Shown: piece after piece, positions 50,062 to 62,400 of the stretch
Position numbering within the stretch: position 1 is the stretch's first letter
Layout of the letters: each line of letters begins with the position of its first letter
Assembly (NCBI GenBank): GCA_905178155.1
Contig: CAJINV010000012.1
Coordinates: 2,006,618 to 2,070,617, forward strand
Length of the DNA stretch: 64,000 nt
Source of the DNA: Amoebophrya sp. A120
Taxonomy: Eukaryota > Protista > Dinoflagellata
Reading direction: 5' to 3'
Translations under genes and position numbers: made by a program
Notes under the pieces: model-generated
Told to the model about the DNA's origin: nothing
The model's database searches: none
The model's input: only the letters and a program-made list of their open reading frames with translations

Positions 50062-53000
50062 CTACGCCAAATAGTTGTACACTGCCCTATCCTCCGTTGA
50101 CCGTTCGAGATACTCTCGCTCCAGCAGCCGTTCGATCCTCTGCTTGATTAACGCCGGGGTTGGCACGAACCTATCAAATGCAAATGTGTCTGCGTCTGGA
50201 AGATTGCCATGTTTGTCATGCATGTTCCGTATGACCCATGAGGCCTGCAGTGCATGGCACAGCATCACAGATTTTTGGAAGGCTTCCTGATGTCTATTCT
50301 GCATGACAAACGCCCTCTCCGCGTAGCACAATCTGGGCTCCTCTTCGTGGTCATGCAGTACAGATTTTTTTAGAATCCAAAGACAGCATGAGAAGTTTGG
50401 ATCCTTCCAGACCCAGACATATTTGCAATGCATAGAACCGGCTGCTCAGCATCTTTGTCGCCTCCGCGATGAGGTTGTTGTGGGAGAGAGTTCTGCGCGA
50501 CTTCATAATCCTGACGATGACCGCCTCGGTCAAGTGTTTCCGGTCCTCTTCCACGCTGGCCGGCATATCCGAGGCATGCTGCTCCCCCTCGTAGCCGCGG
50601 AGAAGGGCTTGTTGGTGGTCAATCTGCTCCTTAATCAGAGGAACGCGGACGCGGGAGAATTTAGATTCGAAATCCGGGTTCACGCAGAAAGTGTCGCCTG
50701 ATGATGTTGTGGAGATAATTGTTTCTTTCGAAAGCAGGAGTTTGTCATGCGGAAACGCGCATTGTACTCGAAGTCTTGAGAACTACACCAGTGTGATGGA
50801 GAGTGCATACACAAGTCTTACCTTCCTGCGGCTCCTTTCCCTGGTCCTTCCGGCCACCGCCGCCACTCGCAGTCCCCCCGCCGTGATTGTCAAAGTCGTT
50901 TGGGTTGCCGCCCGAGGTTTTCAACAAAATCCGCGCTTTGCTGTTTCCGTACAGGCTGGACTATCAAATGTAAAAATGTCTGGGTCTGGAAGGGTTGGAA
51001 CTTGTGATGCAAACTCTGGAACACACAAGAAATTGTGTTGCGTGAGCTGCTCCAAAAGCTGTCCATTTCCTGGCACGCAAGTAGGAAGTTTCTCATGCGG
51101 GAGAGGCATCATGAGGCGTGCTCAAAACCTGTGATGACGCCATTTGCGTGATCCGAAATATGCATGACAAATCTCGCAATCTTCCAGACCCAGACATTTT
51201 TACAGTTGATATGGACAGGTGTCGTTTCATTTCCTCGATGGGAATTTTGGTCTGCTGCAGGAGCTATCGAATGCAAAAATATCGTACGCGTAGTAATTGC
51301 AGTGGTCCTGCATGACAGGAGTCTTCATCTAACCCACAACTGCATGACAAAGTTCGTTTTTTTCTTTTGGGAAACTAAATTGTCATGCACTTACCACTCG
51401 GTACGAAGATACCTTTGCAATGCATAGGAGCTCGGAAAAACTCAGTGTCTCGTGCTCGTTAAAGCAATATAGCAGGACCATCTGGTAGGTGGAGAGCAGC
51501 AGCGTGTAGGGCTTAGAACCTGGAATATTTCAAATTTTCTTTTGAAGTTGTGAAGGATTTGTAGCATGAACTCAGCTAAAATGGACGAAAAGTCCTCACG
51601 CAAGAACCACATCTTCACTACTGAAAATCAAGATCAACCGGCGTAGCAGGTACTACGACGACGTACAATTTTATACCTTTCGGCATCCTTGCCCGGACAT
51701 CCGCTTGGCCGTAATTGAAATTCCAGGTCAGTCTCCTGCCCTGGTGCTTTTGTGCGTAAAATTGCTCAAACGTGTCTATCGTTATCTTCAGAGATTTGGG
51801 AATTTCGCACGGCCCGGGCGCAGGGACCGGCCAATAGCCGGAGGTAAGTACGGACAGTCGCATTTCGACGTTGTTGAGATTGGTGATTGGGTGCTGCTGA
51901 TGGAAGCTTTTCGTCAGTTCGTCGCTGGCTTTCATGTCGTTTAGCATTCCCTCCAGCTTCGCCGTGTACTGGTGCCCGCATTCGCCTGTGATATGATTTT
52001 TCAAACGTGTTTGTCATGCAGGAGCGCGATTAAGTAAAAAATCTGTGATGTCGATCGTCGGTGCAAGCAACAAGAAAGATAATAGAGACTTCTATTCTAC
52101 TATTCATACCTTTCAGCTTGCTGATCATTAATTTCTCCGTATCATCCGCGTTTTTCCCGGCCAACAATCGTTTCGCGAAATACTGCTTGTAGTAACTCTC
52201 GAAAATATCCTTGTCCGACAAATAGCGAAATATCGTGACCACCTGGTCCATATGGATTGCAAATATGTCTGGGTCTGGAAGAGTGGCGCAAACTTCTTAT
52301 GCATGTTTTCCATGCCCCATGAGGTTTGGAATGCGGGGCCTAGCATGTTGGCAGGTTCTGCGAGGACTTCTCTATCATGCCTATCCTGAATGACAAACTG
52401 CCTCTAAACTTGTTAAAAAGTAGTGGACAGGAGCTTCTGGTAGTCATGCAACACCAATTTTTGTACGATCCAGACTTAGCATGACAAGTTCGCATCTTCC
52501 CAGACCCAGACTACATGTTTGCAATGCGTAGTCAAGTCTGGTCTCGATGTCGACGTCCGCCGTCGTCATGGAACTTGACTTCGCGCCCTTCTTGATCAAG
52601 TCGGTATCCTGTGCAAAAGTATCGTACTCGTATGCTGGCAATCATGCACTACAAATCTTGCTCTTAAGGTAAATCAGCATTACAAATTTTATCTCTCATG
52701 CTGAGGAAATTTGTAATGCATTTATACGAGTACGATACTTTTGCAGTTCATAGTCGTCGACAAATAACGACAAATACTGGGCCGTTTTCGTGTCCTATCC
52801 TGAGAAAAAAGTGTTACACTTACACACCCCCATGGAAGACAAGCAAGACAGACGACCTCTGTCATGCAGGAAATGCTTGCCAGTCTCATTTCATTCGTGT
52901 TTTCCCTTATAGTCTGCGCATCACAGGTTTTCTTTGCCATGTCGAGCGACTTTGTGATGCAGAAACTCCAGCAAATGTGTAACTTTTACACTGTTTTCCT

Positions 53001-56000
53001 GTGATATGTCTACGTTTAAGCATTCCTCAAAACTGGTTTTCATGGAAAGCGAAAACTCCTTGCTGTTGCCAAAAGACTCCCGGACATATGAAAGCCTCAG
53101 GTTGGAAATCCTCAAAGTGAAAATTGCTATATATTATATTCATGCGAAAAAAGAGGTAGACAGAGGGTAAACAAGAGGTGGCCGAGAGGTAAAAAAGAGG
53201 TCAAAAGAGGTAGAAAAGAGGTCGATAGGGGTGGAGAGGTGGCGCGGGACCCCGTTCGAGAGGGTCGGCGAGAGGGTGCGCGAATAAGGCCCGCCGAAGC
53301 GCTCACCTTAAAGCGCCGCCTAAGTGCCTGAGAGGGTGCAGAGAGGTCAAAAAGAGGGGGCGCGAGAGGTCGACAGAGGTGGAGAGAGGTGGCGCGAATA
53401 AGGGGCGACCTCTCGCGGGCCCTCTTGGCCACCTCTCGGCCACCTCTGTCGACCTCTGCCCACGAGTATAGCCGGACTATTAGCGGGGACCCCCAAAAGA
53501 GGCCAAAAAGAAGGCCTGCGAGGGGTCTGCGAGAGGGTAAAAACACAAAAAAGCGGGCGCGAATCCGCATGGTAGTCCCCACATTTGGCATTGCAGGCAT
53601 GTCGCGGCCTTGTTTTGTTCAGCGCCTTGCTTTCCGCGCCACCCTCTCGCGCACCCTCTCGCGCACCCTCTCGCGCCACCCTCTCGCGCCACCCTCTCGC
53701 GCCACCCTCTCGCGCCACCCTCCCGCGCGACCCTCTCGCGCCACCCTCCCGCGCCACCCTCTCGCGCTACCCTCTCGCGCCGGGCGGCTTCTGTTCGCCC
53801 CCGGTGTTCTTTGCAGCTGCTCCCTGCGCAGAGCGCCCGCAGGCGCGGGAGGCGCGCAAGTGGTGCTGCGTGTTGGCGCGGCGCAACCAGGCGGCAGGAC
53901 TCCAGTATGTTTCTTTGTGCGCAGGCCCGTGGCGTTGTGGTCCGATCAGCGAACAGTCTTGCCCCGGCCCAACAGCCTTGCGCTCCGGCGGCAGCCGGAG
54001 CATGGCTGGTAATTTGTAATGCAAAAAAACGACTCCAGTTGAAGCGTCATTTGTAGTCGGCGCATGACAAATTTCCCGGGCACTCAAAACGTGTCTGTCA
54101 TGCTAGTTAGGCAAAGAGGTGCCCTTCTGTCGCGCTAATTAGCAGCCCAATTCTTCACCCCTAACAGGACAATAGTCGGCCTCCATTGTGTCCTTTGCAA
54201 TACAGTCTTTTTTGCCTTGCATTTCATGCATCACAAATAATTATTTCCACTTTGAGGATTTCCATTCTCAGGCTTTCATAGGACAAACACGCTGTACTTG
54301 TTCCGGAGTTGGAGCAACGCTTCGATTATGAACTGCAAAAGCATCGCACTCGTACTAATTGCAAACATGCATGACAAATCTTTTTGCTAAGGCAAAACAG
54401 CATTACAAATTCCATTTCTAATGCTGAGGGAATTTGTGATGCTATTTATACTAGTAAGATGCTTTTGCATTGCATATCGATGAACTGCACCGGCTGGTCT
54501 TTATCGCAAGAAAAAACTGTTTCACTGTGAACTTGTGATGCAGAAAATAGAACACAGAACTCTTTGTCTTGCTACACCTGCAAGGCATTGGATTTTCAAG
54601 CGTGTTTTCCCTTGGGAAGCGCGCATGACAAATTTTCAGTGTCATGTGTGGCAAACTTGTAATGCAGATCCTGCAAAGTCATCACAGTGAAACAGTTTTT
54701 TCGTGGGATAGTCTTTCGTGCTGGATTTATTGGTTTCTGTTCCTGCTGTTCCGGTTGCGGAGGATGTTGATCCAGCTGCTTGATTTTGAAGATTATCCCC
54801 AGCACTCCCGTCCTGTAGATCGGGCTGCTCAGCAGCAGATCCAGATGCACCAGCAGCGGCCTTATTTTTCATCTTCCCAGAAGAGTTGCTGTTGTTCAAG
54901 ACAGCAAATCCCGCTTCCTTGATGCACTCCCGCAAAACGTTGTGCAGCGGTTTTAAACATTCCGGACACCGTTGGAACAGGTCGTGCATCCGTTTCAAAT
55001 CGTCGACTTTATCCTCCAAAAACATTTGCTTGGCGCCGTTGTTGACTAGAGTTTCGTAGTGTCGTAAGATCCACTCTTGGTCCATCAAATGCTGTATCCT
55101 GTCGAGCGTGGAGTCGTGGAGATAGCTATGTACCCGGTGCTTCTCCTCCAAAATTATGCAATGTAAATTTCCTGTACATGTACAAAATGCATGACAAATT
55201 TCGCTAACTTGCAGTGCCCAATTTGTCATGCTAGACTAGGACTGAAGGCAAGTTTTGTCATGCAGTGACTGCATTTGTACGTGTACGGGAAATTTACTGT
55301 GGATAAAAATCCGCGCCTCCGCCTTTTTCAGGTAATCCTGACATATGGATTGCAAACACGTCTGGGTCTGGGACGAGATTGCGAGACGTGTCATGCTAGT
55401 CTGGCATGACTCTGGGATCTGTATTGCGTGGCAACCAAGAGGAGGTCCTCTTGATTTTCATGCAAAAAGCACTCAGTTTCTCATGCGGAATATTACGCAA
55501 CACAGAACCATGAAAAACTTGTCATGCTTGGCGGCGCATTACACTGGGCTCATTATTCGGTGACTTGCATCACAACTAACTTTCCAGACCCAGGCATATT
55601 TGCATTGGATATGACACGTGTTCTGACTGATGTACTTGTTCGACTCTGCCTGGTAGAATTCCTTATCAAATGTAAAAATGTCTGGGTCTGGAAGAATGCA
55701 ACTTGTCATGCTAAATCTGAAGCATGTGCATGCAAAAATCTGTGTTGCATGATTACCAAAAGTCGTCCAGTTTTGACCAAGTCGGGAGGGAGTTTCTCAT
55801 GCAGGATAGGCATGAGAGAGATCGCACAGAATCTGTCATGCTAGGTCCTGCATTCCAGACCTCATGTGTCATGAAAAAGCTGCATGACAAATCGCGCAAT
55901 CTTCCAGACCCAGACATTTTTGCATTTGATATTCCTGACTGGCTTGCAAAAACGGCTCCTCGAAAGACTCCCGGTACACAAAAATTTGCGCCCCGTTGTA

Positions 56001-58238
56001 GGAATTTTGGATGCTTTGCCACGGCGCCGTGCTGGAACTACTCCCCCCGGAACTCCCCCCGGTGCCGAAACTAAGTTGGTTACTGTTGTAGTTGCCGTTT
56101 GATGTAGTAGTTCCACCGCCGAAGAAAGAACTGTTGCCAGGAGCCCCTCCACCTCCACCAGCATTCATCATGCCTCCAGTCGCGCCACCGCTGCTGTTAC
56201 CACCCATACCTGTCAAGCTCGCCGTACTGGAGTTCGCGGAAGATGGCTGGGAGAAGTTATTATTGTTGTTAATATTCCTGTTCATGTTATTCTGATTCGG
56301 GAGTAAAGCCATGATTCCGCCAGAACCACCTAACTCGACGAGCATGTAGACCATGTGGCGGAGCAGTAATTTGTCGATCGTTTCCCCGTTCCGCTCTGCC
56401 TTGATCCAGTCCAGCATGATCTTTTGCAGCCGATCTTTCACCTTCTCGTGGTGGGTAATTTGATGTCGAAACTGCACTAAACCAACGTCGTAGACCGGGA
56501 CTGTTTATCCATTGCAAAAACAACGTACTAAGTAGTACAAATTGCATCACAAATTTGGTCACTCAGCTAAAAAATGGAATGCGTGATGCTTGCTTTACTT
56601 GATGTGTACAAAGATAGTTTGGTCCTCTTGAAGTTGAACTTTTACTTTTTCATGCACAATGACTGCCATAACTAGTACGAGTACGACATTTTTGCACAGG
56701 ATACTTTCTTCTGCTGGGTGACGTAGTTGCGGTCCATGTACATCAGGATATCTCGGATCATTACCATGGTCGTCTTGTGGTCGTCCCATTGCAGTTTGAT
56801 GGTCTCCAACAAATTCTCGTTTGTTGCGTTCGTCACATATCCTGTGAAAAAGTATCGCACTCGTAGTTGTAATCGCAGTCAAGCATTACAAATCTCCCTC
56901 TTAACCAAAATCCGCATTACAAATTCCATTTTTCATGCTGAGAGAATTTGTCATGCCATTTATACTAGTAAGCACGATGCTTTTGCATTGCATATCACAT
57001 TCCCGCTCGTTTCCTGTAAGTGATCCCGTATTACCTCTTCCACGCCGTTGTACAGCAATATGGGAGTGTCAGGACCGAAATCGACAAAATCGAAAAACTT
57101 GTGATGCACAAAATCGATGCCCGTTAGACCCACAGTTTGTAGTCGGCGCATGACAAATTTGCCACGTCCTGGAAGCGAAGCTGTCATGCGGTTTAGGGCA
57201 AAAGAGCTCCCCTCCGCCATGCTAGCCACCAACCCGATTCGTGACCCTTAGCAGGATTACAATAACAATCTGCCTCCTTTGCGTCCCATGCAATAGAGTC
57301 ACTTTTTGTGTCGCATCTTCTGCATGACAGATTATTTCGACTTTGTCGATTTCGATCCTGACGCTTCCATAAGCAACTCGCCATGCTTATGGAGCACGAG
57401 GTTGTAGGCGTTCCTGAGGTCGTAGCAGGGTGATTTTTGTACGTATAATACTTGCAAGTCGACGATGACGTAAAATGCAATCTATCTCGCTGCAGCACAC
57501 GGACTTCTACAGCATGTGCATGTTATATCAAAAATGCAAAGAAATTATAAAGCAAACTACGGGGGGGTGGAACAAAACAAGCTGTCATAGCTGCGGCGAT
57601 GTAAATGATCTAAACAGTACCTGTAGAGTTCCTCAAAACTCAAGGTAGACGCGTTGTGCTGGTGGATCTGGTGTATTGCTGCTTTCAATATGCAATGTAA
57701 ATTTTCTGTACATGTACACAATGCATGACGAATTTCGCTAGTACCTTGCAGAGTCCAACTTGTCATGCTGCACCAGGATTGAAGGCAAGTTTTGTCATGC
57801 AGAGACTGCATTTGTACGTCGTGTACGGGAAATTTCCTGTGGATATTCAAGCTTGCCCACACGTTTTCCGCATCGCGTTTGTTCATGGGATCACTATGCA
57901 TTGCAAATATGTCTGGGTCTGGAAAGTTGTAATGCTAAAAGTGAATTATAGATGCACTACAATACGGAGCTAGACATGACAAATTTTTTGGCTGCCATCT
58001 CCTACGTATTCCGCATGGCAAACTGCGTTTTTGTATAACAGGCAAGAGGGCCTTTGCGTGCCTATGCAACACAGATTCTCGAGTCATGCCAGACAAGCAT
58101 GACAAACTTGCATTCTTCCAGACCCAGACATTTTTGCAATCCATAATCACCGGACCTGAACAGTTGCCTCGTCCGGTTCACGGCAGCGCTGGCGTGGCCC
58201 CCGGCGCCCCGGGCTGCGTTCGCCGAACTGTAGTTCAT
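50062..58238 (-). CDS. CUL3: Cullin-3-like E3 ligase scaffold (17 IEs plus 4 GT-AG introns)
   Basis: [12 protein letters not shown]|[61 protein letters not shown] (neddylation site), [12 protein letters not shown]...YNYLA; GT-AG introns 50698-50821, 51520-51676, 51986-52109, 57414-57620. Confidence 0.93.
50172..50434. mobile_element. IE family B
   Basis: Family B TIR; DR GAACC. Confidence 0.92.
50962..51211. mobile_element. IE family B
   Basis: Family B TIR; DR TGGAC. Confidence 0.92.
51265..51426. mobile_element. IE family A-like
   Basis: TATCGAATGCAAAA...TTTGCAATGCATA; DR GGAGC. Confidence 0.88.
52251..52530. mobile_element. IE family B
   Basis: Family B TIR; flanks GTCCA/GTCAA. Confidence 0.9.
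52605..52752. mobile_element. IE family A
   Basis: Family A TIR; flanks GTCGG/GTCGT. Confidence 0.9.
52796..53006. mobile_element. IE family D
   Basis: TATCCTGAGAAAAAAGTGT...GTTTTCCTGTGATA; flanks TGTCC/TGTCT. Confidence 0.88.
53124..54009 (+). mobile_element. Non-autonomous Helitron-like element
   Basis: Inserted between A and T with no DR; AT-rich 5' end TTGCTATATATT; hairpin GCTCCGGC-GGCA-GCCGGAGC (53982-54001) ending 8 nt before the 3' terminus, which is CTGG (CTRR). Confidence 0.7.
53636..53781. repeat. 12-13 bp minisatellite (GCCACCCTCTCGC)n
   Basis: About 11 tandem copies inside the Helitron-like insert. Confidence 0.9.
54327..54476. mobile_element. IE family A
   Basis: Family A TIR; DR TCGAT. 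Confidence 0.9.
54502..54710. mobile_element. IE family K
   Basis: TATCGCAAGAAAAAACTGTTTCACTGTGA TIR; DR GTCTT. Confidence 0.9.
55155..55305. mobile_element. IE family E
   Basis: Family E TIR; DR AAAAT. Confidence 0.92.
55344..55611. mobile_element. IE family B
   Basis: Family B TIR; DR TGACA. Confidence 0.9.
55664..55931. mobile_element. IE family B, very similar to the 11131 copy
   Basis: Family B TIR; DR TTCCT. Confidence 0.92.
56506..56703. mobile_element. IE family A, degenerate
   Basis: TATCCATTGCAAAAA...TTTTTGCACAGGATA; flanks CTGTT/CTTTC. Confidence 0.8.
56838..56994. mobile_element. IE family A
   Basis: Family A TIR; DR TCACA. Confidence 0.9.
57059..57371. mobile_element. IE family F
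   Basis: TATGGGAGTGTCAGGACCGAAATCGACAAA TIR; DR AGCAA. Confidence 0.92.
57689..57845. mobile_element. IE family E
   Basis: Family E TIR; DR TTCAA. Confidence 0.92.
57895..58145. mobile_element. IE family B
   Basis: Family B TIR; DR ATCAC. Confidence 0.92.
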
Positions 58239-59488
58239 GTTTTTCTACTTGGGGGGCGGTTGACGCCAGCGCCCACGGAAGGTCGTTCTTGTTTCCCACA
58301 AGTGCTGGCGCACTCGTCGACGACCACACTATCGACGAGTCACCAACCCGCTTTGCCTGCCCAACTCACCGGTTGCAGCTGGACAGTTACTCTTCGCCCG
58401 CATGATCCCCGGCTGATGTTGGGCAGCAGTGCCTGGTACGCGGACGACTGGGAGCTGCGACGCAGAGAGCGGCTTGATACTGACGCGTCGCAAGGAGCGC
58501 CGAAGTCGGCATGAAATTTTGCTTCTGTTACACGTAGCCTGGACCTCTTTTTCTTCGATAACGATATTGTATACGCTTATTGGCAAAATAAAGAACAACG
58601 TACTACCCAGTATAACTTTTTTAATACGCTATTATGGTTCATTAAGTTGATGCCCTGTCTACTTTCTTAGTTAGAAGACTGAAATAGAGTCGTAGAAATG
58701 GAGGCGAGCAGAGTATCAAAAGTGAAGCTACGGTGGCCTTGTCTATTTATTTTCCGTGCAGAAATTTTGTAATCCTAGTTTATACGCTTGGCGATCATCG
58801 CTACTTGCGAGAATAAAAAGGTCGAACTCGTCATCTCGTCCACTTCGAGCGGGCGCTGTTTGGGCCATTTTGTTTTTGATCATCATCGTCAGAATAAGCA
58901 CAACAGCCATGCTGGGCTGACGGTTTGGTGGAGCTGCTCCGACGACCGGGGGCGGGGGCGCAGAACAGCCGTTTTTCCGAACATAGTTTGTGAGACGAGG
59001 CATGTGCAACAAGAACGTAAAAAACGTGTTGTAACAACAGCAACAGACGGGCAACAAACGCAAGGTGGCGCGGCCGCGGCAATCCAACGCTATTGTGCGC
59101 CGTTGCAAATCGGAGGTCGTGCCGGTCATTTTTTTTGTGTCCTCTGGGCGGACAACAATCATCCAAACATAATTCTCATTCGCCAGGAGCACCACTCAAC
59201 AGGAGAGGGCTTTCTTCAAAAATTCTTCATCAATTGTACAGGTCGGATATTAGCGGGAGAATTACGAATTGGTAGTGGTAAGTACATCAAGTAGCAGGGG
59301 GTAAATTGTAGCCACGAAGTAGATCATACATTTTCATTTTCTAGTTCTTGGAATTGGTGTACATAGCAGCATCGACAAGCATCAAGATAAACATAGAGTA
59401 AGTTGTAAAAGTACTTACATTTCGATTTGAACAGTCAACACGCAATACAAACATAAATATTTTCTTTGAAATTCTTCGCCACCTCTGA

Positions 59489-62400
59489 TCAATCCCCAGC
59501 ACTTCCGCCCCCATGGTCCAAGAACGAGGGCTTACTGGTGCTCGTCAACTGCCGCAACCGTTTTGTCGCGTCCGATCCGACTTTCGCATGCGCAAACCCG
59601 ACGGTTGCGGTGACCCCGTTTTCGTGGTTTTCCCTGGTGAAATATCAAGCAAAAAAGTGCTAACGTTAACGGTTTTGTGGCATTCCAATCATGCATGACA
59701 AACTCTCGCTATCGTGCATGCTATGCAATACAAATTTGGGCATGATTTCTCGTGCACTCCTGCATGCCAAATTCCGTTAACGGTAACACTTTTTGGTGTG
59801 ATACGAAAACGGTGAAGTAGTGTCGCATGAAGACTTCACCGAGCAGCATCCCCGGCCCGTACCCCTCCGGGAGATCAATTTCCATGAACGCCAAGTCGCA
59901 CAAATCAGATTCGTCCGTCACCATGTAAATCTCCTGCGGAATTAACAGCTCCTCCAATTCTCCCGTTTCCCCGTTTCGCAACACGTACGCGAGCGGCGGG
60001 TAAGTTTGGTCATTGATTTCGCTGCATTGCACGGCCGGGAGTCTTTTCTGCAGGGTCGCGTAGAGTTTCTTGCCCGCGGTGAAATAAGTCGTTCCGGTAT
60101 CTACCACAAGCTTCGCATTGGCTTTGGCGTGCGGGAACAGCTCGTTGGCCGTTTTTTGCTGGAGAAAGGAGGAAGAGGAGGACGAGACAGGGACTGCACC
60201 AGGGGAAGTTGAAGTAGGATCATCATGCGAAGAAATCATACTAGGCGAGGAGGTCGCGGCAACCGCAACATCTACCTGCTCTGCAACCCTGCTAGACACG
60301 ACCTGCTGTGTAGTTGCTGTTGATGGGATCCCCGCAATCACTGCAGATGACCCTGCACCCGCGTGGAGGTAAAGGCCGCCGTTCGTAGTTGATGTTTTTC
60401 GCTGGTCTGGAAGAAGATCATGTTGGAATGTTTTTCGACCGTCTGGAAGAAGATCATGTTGCTGGTGTTGTTGAAAATCCTTCGAACTTCTCTCGTTGTC
60501 GTTTCTGGTCCTTCTTGCTTGTACACGACCCGCCTCTGCGTCTGCTTGTTCAGTTGAAACGGCAAGTACTGAGTCTGCGCTGCTTCGTGCAAGTTGTGTA
60601 GATACAGCACGCGGTGCGCCGCTGAATTCCTCTTGATACGGCCGAATGGTGATTTCGTGGACAGAAGCTGCTGTTGTTTTAGCTGCAGATAGAGCTTCTT
60701 CACTACGAGGATGATGAGCTCCGGCGGTAGTTTCCTCTCCACGCGCCCGCCGCAGTAATTTTTTCATCTTTTTGGTTTTGCGGCCGAAAGATGAGTGGTC
60801 GGTGGTTTCATCTTCGTCAATCTTCATTTCCAGAAACGAAGCCGTCGCAGCGCTGCCAGGAGTGGTCGTCGTTGCACTTCCGGCAGAACCAGCTGAGAAG
60901 TTGATGTCCTCTCCACCTCCGCCTTGCTGCGCAAAAATCACTCCCTCGTCATCAATGGTCATACCGCTACGGGGAGCAACAAGAGCTTCGTCAACACTAC
61001 CGCTTGCTCCTTCGACATCTCCCCTGCGCCTTGCCCCCTCATCTTCGTTTTCTCCCTGCAACAAACCCCCAGCACCTGCTTCCTCGCGCTTCCGGACAAA
61101 CTCGCCCGTGCTCACGTCGTAGATCTCATCCCCGACCTGTGAGAGTGCAGAACTCCCCCTCCCCCTCATTTGTATTGCATGAAAAGCAATACAAGCGTCA
61201 GCAAGGATACAGGTTTTCCATGACAAATTTAAACAGGAGTGTGTGTAGTACTATTTGGGTTTCCAGAACTTGTCATGCAAACAGTGCCAAGAGGCAAGGC
61301 GTAAATTAATTAAGTAGGTACTTTGCATGACAAATGAGGGGGAGGGGGACTTGCACACTGTCATACGACCCGAAATTGGTACAAGTCCAAGCTCCAGTAG
61401 TGCTGCTGCGTCACGTTGAAGCGTTTGATCGGTGGTTCGTAGAAATGCTCGTTATCAAATGTAAAAATGTCTGGCTCTGGGTCTGGAAGATTTCTAGATT
61501 TGTCATGCATATTTTCCATGACCCATGATGTCTGTGATGCATGCCGTAGCATCACAGATTTTTAGAGCGCTTCCTCATGCCTATTCCACATGACAAATGC
61601 CATCTCCGCGGAGCACAAAATCTACTCCTCTTACTGGTCACGCAATACAAATCTTTTTCGAATCCAGAGACAGCATCACAAGTTTAGTTTCTTCCAGACC
61701 CAGACATTTTTACATTTGATACTCGTCCACGCCGCCCCAGAACAGCCCGTTGAGGGGTTCTCGCGAATTCTTCCCACCAGCACCGTGGGACGACTTGTCG
61801 TTGGGGTCTTGTACCGTTGCTATGAACTGCAAAAGTATCGTACTCGTATAAATGCATTACAAATTTCCTCGGCATGACAAATGAAATTTGTAATGGGGAT
61901 TTACCTTAAGAAAAAGATTTGTAATGCATGATTGCAATACGAGTATCAGATACTTTTGCACAGGATAGTTGCCGCTTCTTCCATGTTGAAGTAAAACGCA
62001 AATTCGTTCTTTTGCAACACCTCCTGCTTTATGCAATGCAAAAGCATCGCACTCGTACTCGTAGTAATGGCAATCGTGATGCATTAGCATTACAAATCTT
62101 TCTGTTAAGCAGGTGACTCCGAATTACAAATTTTCTTTCTCATGCTGAGCAAATTTGTCATGCGAATTATACTAGTACGATGCTCTTGCATTTCATATGC
62201 TTGATCACGTTGTCAAAAAACGGCACCGCGTTATTCGCGGACATCGAGGGGAACGCCAAGCCCAGAATCCCCTCGAAGGGGATAGATTTGAACGCGTCAC
62301 CGATTTCCTTCTCAATTAACCCGAACGACTGCTGTTTTACGGTGAATGGTATGCATTGCAAACATTTGGTGCCATGATGTATGTCTCTGGCATGACAACT

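Larger units (their letters stand above)
53087..54280. mobile_element. IE family G carrying an 886-bp insertion
   Basis: TATGAAAGCCTCAGG...CAGGCTTTCATA; DR GGACA; aligns to the inverted 39195 copy once the insert is removed. Confidence 0.9.

Noticed and set aside
53127-54087. ORFs with AREG/RATLS repeats
   Set aside because: Translation of the minisatellite inside the nested insert
58743-59294. 150-168 aa ORFs between the cullin and the protease
   Set aside because: No domain similarity or coding-like features recognised
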